Part shown: piece after piece, positions 53,721-64,000 of the stretch
How positions within the stretch are numbered: the stretch's first letter is position 1
Layout of the letters: every line of letters starts with the position of its first letter
From: the human T2T-CHM13v2.0 reference genome, Homo sapiens
NCBI RefSeq assembly: GCF_009914755.1
Contig: NC_060944.1
Length of the DNA stretch: 64,000 nt
Strand: one strand, 5' to 3'
The notes under the pieces: generated by a model
Databases searched by the model: none
Seen by the model: only the letters and a program-made list of their open reading frames with translations
Told to the model about the DNA's origin: nothing
Program-made: the position numbers and the translations under genes

Positions 53721-54061
53721 AAAGGTAAGTCTAGCAGCTCAGTAGAGAATGCAAAATCTAAAAGCAAGATGGGAACCCTACCCGAATATCTTGAGCTGAG
53801 AGTGAAGGCGATTTGGCTCCCCAAAGGAAAATTAAGGGGCTGTCACTAGAAGAAAAGGAAATCACTGCTGAGCATGCAAAGGTCCATTACAAAGCCTTAG
53901 AAGTGAAGTTTCTGGATTGCAGGGCCTGCATGTTTTAAGGATTTGATATTGACAAACAACTTCCAAAAAGTCTGGATTTGGATTTGGATTTCTATGATCA
54001 AGGTATCGTTCTTTCCCTGCATCCTAGAAAAGTCTAGGATCATCAATAAAATAATACTCTT

Positions 54062-54791
<730 letters not shown>

Positions 54792-55934
54792 TCACCATGA
54801 ACAGGCCATGATGTCTGAGGTGTGCCTGGTGTCTGATGTCTGAGGTGTGCCTGGAGGTGCACATATAAGTCTCCCTCTGCTCCCTTGACATCTCCCTTAT
54901 CCCCTGCCCATTGTGGATACACAGCTACTCCAGAGTCCTCAGGAGGACTACAAAGGCTTCAAAACAAGAGCAAAATTGCTACATTGACTATGCAAGGAGC
55001 AGGCCCAGAGATGGACAATGATTTTGCAAGACCCACACAGTGTACTTGGGAGTTGGGGTCAAGAGAAAAGACCTGTGATATAAGTGGTTCAGAGACTTGG
55101 GGGCTGATAAGGGCAGGCTAGAGAATCCTTATCTGAAAACCCAATTACCTTGCCCTGTTTTGGTGTTGAAAACCTGGATTGCTGCATTCTTTTACTTTCT
55201 GTGTCTTTTATATAGAAAACCATATAATATGATGGATATATTGATCCCTACTGCACATCTGCCCCAAATCCTTAATTGAAGAGATTGAGACCCAGAAAAA
55301 AAAAAAAAGTAATTCTTCCAAGGTCACATAGAAAGCTAGTAGCAGTGTCAGGACTAGTTACCCAATATTTTCAACTCTGCTGTCACTCTCAATACAAAAA
55401 TCCTCCATATATCCTGGCATTTCAGGCAGTGGGAAAATCTCTTCTTTTAGGGAGAAAAGAATCCAACAGATACATTATTTCTCCAGGCCTGGGCAACAGA
55501 GCAAGACCCTGTATCCAAAACAACAACAAAAACAAAAAGATAAAAAATAGTTTTTAAAATTAAGAAAAAAAAAGAAATGAAATGAGCCTCCTTACCAAAA
55601 ATGAACAGCACAGGAAAGGTGGACTTCCAGGCTTTCCACTGAGTCCCTTCCTAGCCAGTGTCTCTTCTTCTCTTCATTGTAAGGGTTTTAGAAAGAATTA
55701 TTTACACTTGCTGACCTCACTGTTTCACTTACCTTTCAGTTTTCAACCCCATTGACTGTTTTCTGCCCCTACAGTAATGGCTTTCACTGTTGTTGTTGTT
55801 GTTTTTCCCTTGTAATCCCTCTGTATGCTATTATACCCTTGACATCTGTTTCAAGCAGGGTCCAGTCAGAGAAACAGTAACTACAGGATGCAGCTACCAC
55901 CCGAGGGCTGAGGGAACTAAAGGAAAGAGATGCC

Positions 55935-56267
<333 letters not shown>

Positions 56268-56559
56268 TGAGTGGTTGGTTCTCAGATCTCTGAGGAAGCG
56301 GAAGGATGACCCTAGGGGGAGGGCCACCGCATGTTAGAACCCAGCAGGGGGCTGTGACAGACAGGCTGGTGCTCGGAGCTTCATCTCTTTCTGCCGTTTT
56401 CCTCTCAGTTTTTGCTCTGGTTATGTCATATTTCTCATTTTCAACACCAACATGAGCCTTTGTACAGACATTCCTCCACCTGGAACCCCATTTCAGCTCA
56501 TCTACCTGTTGCTTTGTATTTATTCTTCAAAACTCTGCCGTCTTCCCTGACCTTCCGGA

Positions 56560-56834
56560 GCCGGTGTTTGTGGCGCCTCCTGCTGGTCACTGGGTTCAGG
56601 CAGTTTGGAGCTGGGTGGAAGGAACGGGTAGTATATTAAGTCTTGGGCCCTGGACCTTGTTGGCTGTCCTCTCCCTGCTGACCTAAATGACAAAGGGAGG
56701 GGTGTCCAGTCAGAGTGTGAGGGCTGTACCCGTGGGCAGCTGAGGGAGTGCGAGCCACAGGCCAGGCACTCTCCTTCTCCCATTAGCTCAGCCGTGGCAT
56801 CGGACTTGCAGCTTCATTTTGGGCTGCCTTAGCC
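56560..56834 (+). promoter_or_regulatory. DEFB123 promoter/5'UTR region with TATATTAA at 56632-56639
   Basis: Unique GC-richer sequence with several CpGs directly upstream of exon 1. Confidence 0.45.
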
Positions 56835-56892
56835 ATGAAGCTCCTTTTGCTGACTTTGACTGTGCTGCTGCTCTTATCCCAGCTGACTCCAG
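56835..56892 (+). CDS. DEFB123: Beta-defensin 123 exon 1, signal peptide MKLLLLTLTVLLLLSQLTP; exon 2 not in window
   Basis: GCCATG Kozak context, 58-nt exon, donor CCAG|GTAACC. Confidence 0.93.
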
Positions 56893-58731
56893 GTAACCTG
56901 AACCTCCTTAAGGAAGGGGCAGGGCTTAGAGACTAAGGCCTGGTCAGAGAATCCCAAGGGCTAGAAGGATGGGCTGCAGGTTGTCATCTAGCACCACGTA
57001 TAGGAGGCAGGAGGCGCCTCACCAGCAGCAGGTGCCAGCTGATAGATGACAACTACAACATCCAGAGCTGCTCTCTCAGTGGCTCCATCCCTCCTCTTCC
57101 TGCCCAGCTCCAGGGAGCATGTGGGGGTGGCCTAGTGTGTGAGGAGGAGTGGGAGGGGTGAGCAAGAGAAGCAGGAAAGAGGAGAGGCAGGTATGGCCCT
57201 TTTGCAAAATAGTCCCCAGAATGAACGAAGCTTTGTGAAGATCACAGCTACCTTAATGGGAGAGAAAGCTCATTTGTACTTAGCTGTCTCTGTGCCAGAC
57301 TCTGCGCTGGAAGCTAGGACCACGGAGATAAATGACATGGTGCCAGGGGAACTAACTGGAGGAGACAGTTAAATAGCATTTATAACCCAGGGTGACACGG
57401 CTGTGGCAGTGGGAAACCAGGGGGCTGGGTACACATGGTCCAGCCCAGGCTGAGGGAAAGGAGAGTCCTCCTGGAGGGATATCCTGAGTCCTAAAAAGTG
57501 AGTCGAAAATAGAAAAGGAAGGAGAGGGGAAAGCAGAAGGGTGTCCCAGGCAGAGAGGTCAGCCTATGCAAAGGTTGGATGCGGGAGAGAGCATGGGAGT
57601 GTCGGGGACCTGCATAACATGGAGGGGTGGGTTAGGAGAGAGGCGGGGGTAAAGCTGAGGAAGCATTCAAGCTCCAGGTCTCAGTGGGCCTCAAATGCCA
57701 GGTGAGGGACCCATGGGAAGGTTTAAACAGAGAAAGACCCTGGTCAGACCTACCACCCACCAATTCCAGCATGAGCCACCTATCCCTTCCTGCTCATCTG
57801 GCAGAAGTTTCCACCCACCCTAAGGCTGTCGGCTAACCTTTCTACAGAGTCAGAAACGTGTGAATTTCCTAAACAAGCTGACCTCCGTCCTTGTGTCTTC
57901 CTGAGGCCCTAAAACACCACTCACCTGGAGTAGGGAGGAAAGCCCAGACCCCGGGTTAAAACCTGCCCCATCATTTTCTGACTCTGTGAGCCCCAACAAG
58001 AAGCTCAGCTGCTCAGAGTATCAATTTCCTCATTTCTCAAACTGCAATAACATCAAGTGTGTAATAATATCAGGTTGAGGGAACAACATTGAACACACTG
58101 AAATTTTGGTCTGCAAAAGAAATATGGCTTCTCTATTTTCTCTAACTCACCAAACTTTCCCAGGAACTTCCATCCTGACTGTGGGAGTTAGTGGTGGGAG
58201 GAGCAGGACTACAGAGATAAATGACATGGCACCAGGGGAGCAAACTAGGGGAGACAGTTAAATAGCACTTACAACCCAGGGTGACAAGGCACATAGGGGC
58301 TGGGCCTGAACTCAGCAGTTCAATATTTGTCTTTTCTGTTTTAAAATGATTTCTAAGCTAATTCAATCTCTTTTGAATAAGTGTTGAGTCTTTCAGCATG
58401 TCTCTTTCTTCCATCACCCTTTCTCTTTCCTGGGATAGTATCTGGTTACAGGGAAAAGTAACTTGATATGTCATCAAATAATTAATTGCTTCATTCAGTA
58501 AATACAGTTGAATGGATTTCTTGTTCCAAGCACTGTGATGGGTGCTAGAGGTAGAACTGGGAACAAAACAAGATAAGCAAAATCTCTGTCCTCTTGGAGC
58601 TTACCTTCTACTGGAGGACCCAAAGAATTTGAAAAATAAATGAAACATATGGTATGTCAGATAATGAGTACAGTGAGCAGAATAGGCAGGAAAGGAAATA
58701 GTGAACACCAGGGGAAGGGGAAGGTCATTTG

Positions 58732-59042
58732 CTTTTTTTTTTTTTTTTTTTTTGGAGACAGGGTCTTGCTCTGTCACCCAGGCTGGAGTGCTGGAGTGTA
58801 GAGGCACGATCTTAGCTCACTGCAACCTCCACCTCCCGGATTCAAGCAGTTTTCATGCCTCAGCCTCCTAAGTAACTGGGATTACAGGCGCCTGCAACCA
58901 CGCCTGGCAAATTTTTGTATTTTTAGTAGGATACGGTTTGGCCATGTTGCCCAGGCTGGTCTTGAATCCCTGACCTCAAGCAATCTGCTTGCCTCAGCCT
59001 CCCAAAGTGCTGGGATTACAGGCTTGAGCCACCATGCCCGGT
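58732..59042 (-). mobile_element. Alu within L2 remnant
   Basis: Reverse Alu consensus. Confidence 0.88.
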
Positions 59043-59560
59043 CTTTGCCATTTTTAAGGGGTTGTTCATGGAATGTCTCACTGTGACCTGAGGGAACAAC
59101 CGGTGTGAGCATGTGGCTATGGAGGGAAGGAAATTCAAGCTGGGGAAAACAGCAAGTGCAAGGGTCCTGGGATAGGAACATAAGGAGGTGGGGTCAGGTC
59201 CTGTGCTGGACCCTTACTGACTTCTGGGATCACGACCCTCGTTGGATGTGGTTAGTAGCGTCCTGCTAGCACTTACTACTGGATTTCATGACTGATGAAA
59301 TCTCTCAGCCCTTTTGGGGTCCCCACTGACTCGACCCTTCATCTCAGCCAGATCTTCCATCTGGTCCCCAAGTTAAGGCTGTTCACACCCTCCCTTACTG
59401 CCTTCTGCACTAGGGGTGTACTCTTGGCAGGTCCCTCACTGGTTTTCCTATCTCAGCCAGAGACAAGGGAACCTGGGGACCTTCTGGGTCTATTTTATTC
59501 AACAGAGAGCTGACAGTGATGCTCAGCCACTTCCCTTAGCCATTTCTAATCCCCCTTCAG

Positions 59561-59690
59561 GTAGCACCATGCAGTGCTATATCCATGCTAAAGATAAGAA
59601 TTTCTCTGAAGAGCTACCAGTTTCCCTGAGCTATGCTCTAAGAGGCAGAGAGTAAGTGTCTTCTGCGTTGGCAATTTCTTTCGACCAATC
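59561..59690 (+). pseudogene. Degenerate beta-defensin exon-2 relic in the DEFB123 intron
   Basis: Phase-1 acceptor CCCCCTTCAG|GT; GSTMQC start; then, in a shifted frame, ELCSKRQRVSVFCVGN (C-X9-C), resembling DEFB122 ECLKNERVYVFCVSG. Confidence 0.6.
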
Positions 59691-60799
59691 TGGGTATTCA
59701 TAGCAAGAGACTCTCTTGCCCCTACCTTTCTCACATTAATTATCTCTACTTCCTGAGTGTTCAGGTCAACCAGTAGACTGCTAGCAGGAGACACACGAAA
59801 GGCCTTTGTCCCTAGCTTGTTGGTGGGTCCACCATCAGGCTGGCAGAATGAGGCATGGGTTCTAGCAGGGCTCTCAGGCCCACTGCTGCTGCTGCGGGAG
59901 CTGGATTTAAACTTCCAGCTTCCCCAGAAATTATGGGCAGAGTATTTCCCCTCTACTTCCTGTTGGGTATGGTAGTGGTGACAGAGGTTAAATGGAAGCT
60001 ACTTTAGCTGGACCCTCAGCCTTAGCCTCCTATAGCTTATGATGAAGTGGTATTGTCTGAACCCCCCAGGTTCATCTAATAATGTATAAAGGAGCTCTTT
60101 GAAATTTGGAAATCCCTGAACTTCCTTAACAAATGTTGGTCCTTAAAATGGTCTTTCCATGCACAACCCTTATCTCATTTAAGCTGAGCAATGAGTTTGC
60201 TGTTCTGTTGTTCACCATTCCCCCAAAACCCAGAAACTCTGCCCAATTCTGCTTTTTGACAACCAATGGATTTTATGATTAAAGGGGATTGAAATATGCA
60301 TCACTTTAATATTTTCAAAATATTGTCATACTCACCGTTAGGTTAATTGTGGGAATTCAGGAGACATATGTAAAGCCCAGAAACCCAGCAGAGATGAGAT
60401 TTAGGTGGGACACCTGCCCTTCCATTATACATCCTCACAGCACCCTGAGTTCGTTCTTTATAATTTTTATCATACTCTAGTTAATCAAATATCTGGGTAT
60501 CTATTTTTTAATGGCTCTTTCTCCCCTCTTTAGACTGGAAGTTCTCTGAGGGTAGGTGTCTCACTCATTTATAGTTTTATCTCCAGTGTATAGGCCTCTC
60601 AGTCTATACATGTGAGTATTTCCCTGGTGTAGACATCTGGAAAGGAATTGCTAGGTAAAGACTGTGTATAGTTTTAAAATGTGTAAGTTATTGCTCAGTA
60701 GGCTCCACAGATGCTAAAAAAGTGTATGAGTGTCATTCCTTTCACTCACCAATAGTTCCTCTTGACACTCTTAAATTAAAAATTGAGATTTTGTTGTTA

Positions 60800-64000
<3,201 letters not shown>

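Noticed and set aside
54809-54854. 21-bp direct repeat with 25-nt period
   Set aside because: Only two copies, a simple slippage duplication and not an array; no CRISPR-like structure is seen in this eukaryotic window.

Overview
Primate (human-like) genomic DNA from the epididymal/testicular beta-defensin cluster, recognised as 20q11.21 from the encoded peptides. Left to right it holds four loci. (1) DEFB119 (minus): signal exon 1 plus its proximal alternative defensin exon (the former DEFB120); the distal DEFB119 exon should lie left of the window. (2) DEFB121 (minus): complete, with a candidate upstream, L2-derived first exon that lacks a signal peptide. (3) DEFB122 (minus), an annotated pseudogene: both coding exons are open and its only visible lesion is a GT>AT splice donor. 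(4) DEFB123 (plus): exon 1 only; exon 2 lies beyond the right edge. The rest is mostly Alu, L1, L2, MIR, LTR and DNA-transposon sequence. It includes a full-length SVA, an AluYa5 and three short polyadenylated retrocopy-like inserts. Most supplied ORFs are repeat artefacts. The best leads are a decayed defensin-like exon inside the DEFB123 intron (59561-59690) and a possible in-frame cryptic-splicing rescue of DEFB122. Repeat boundaries and subfamily calls are by eye and approximate.
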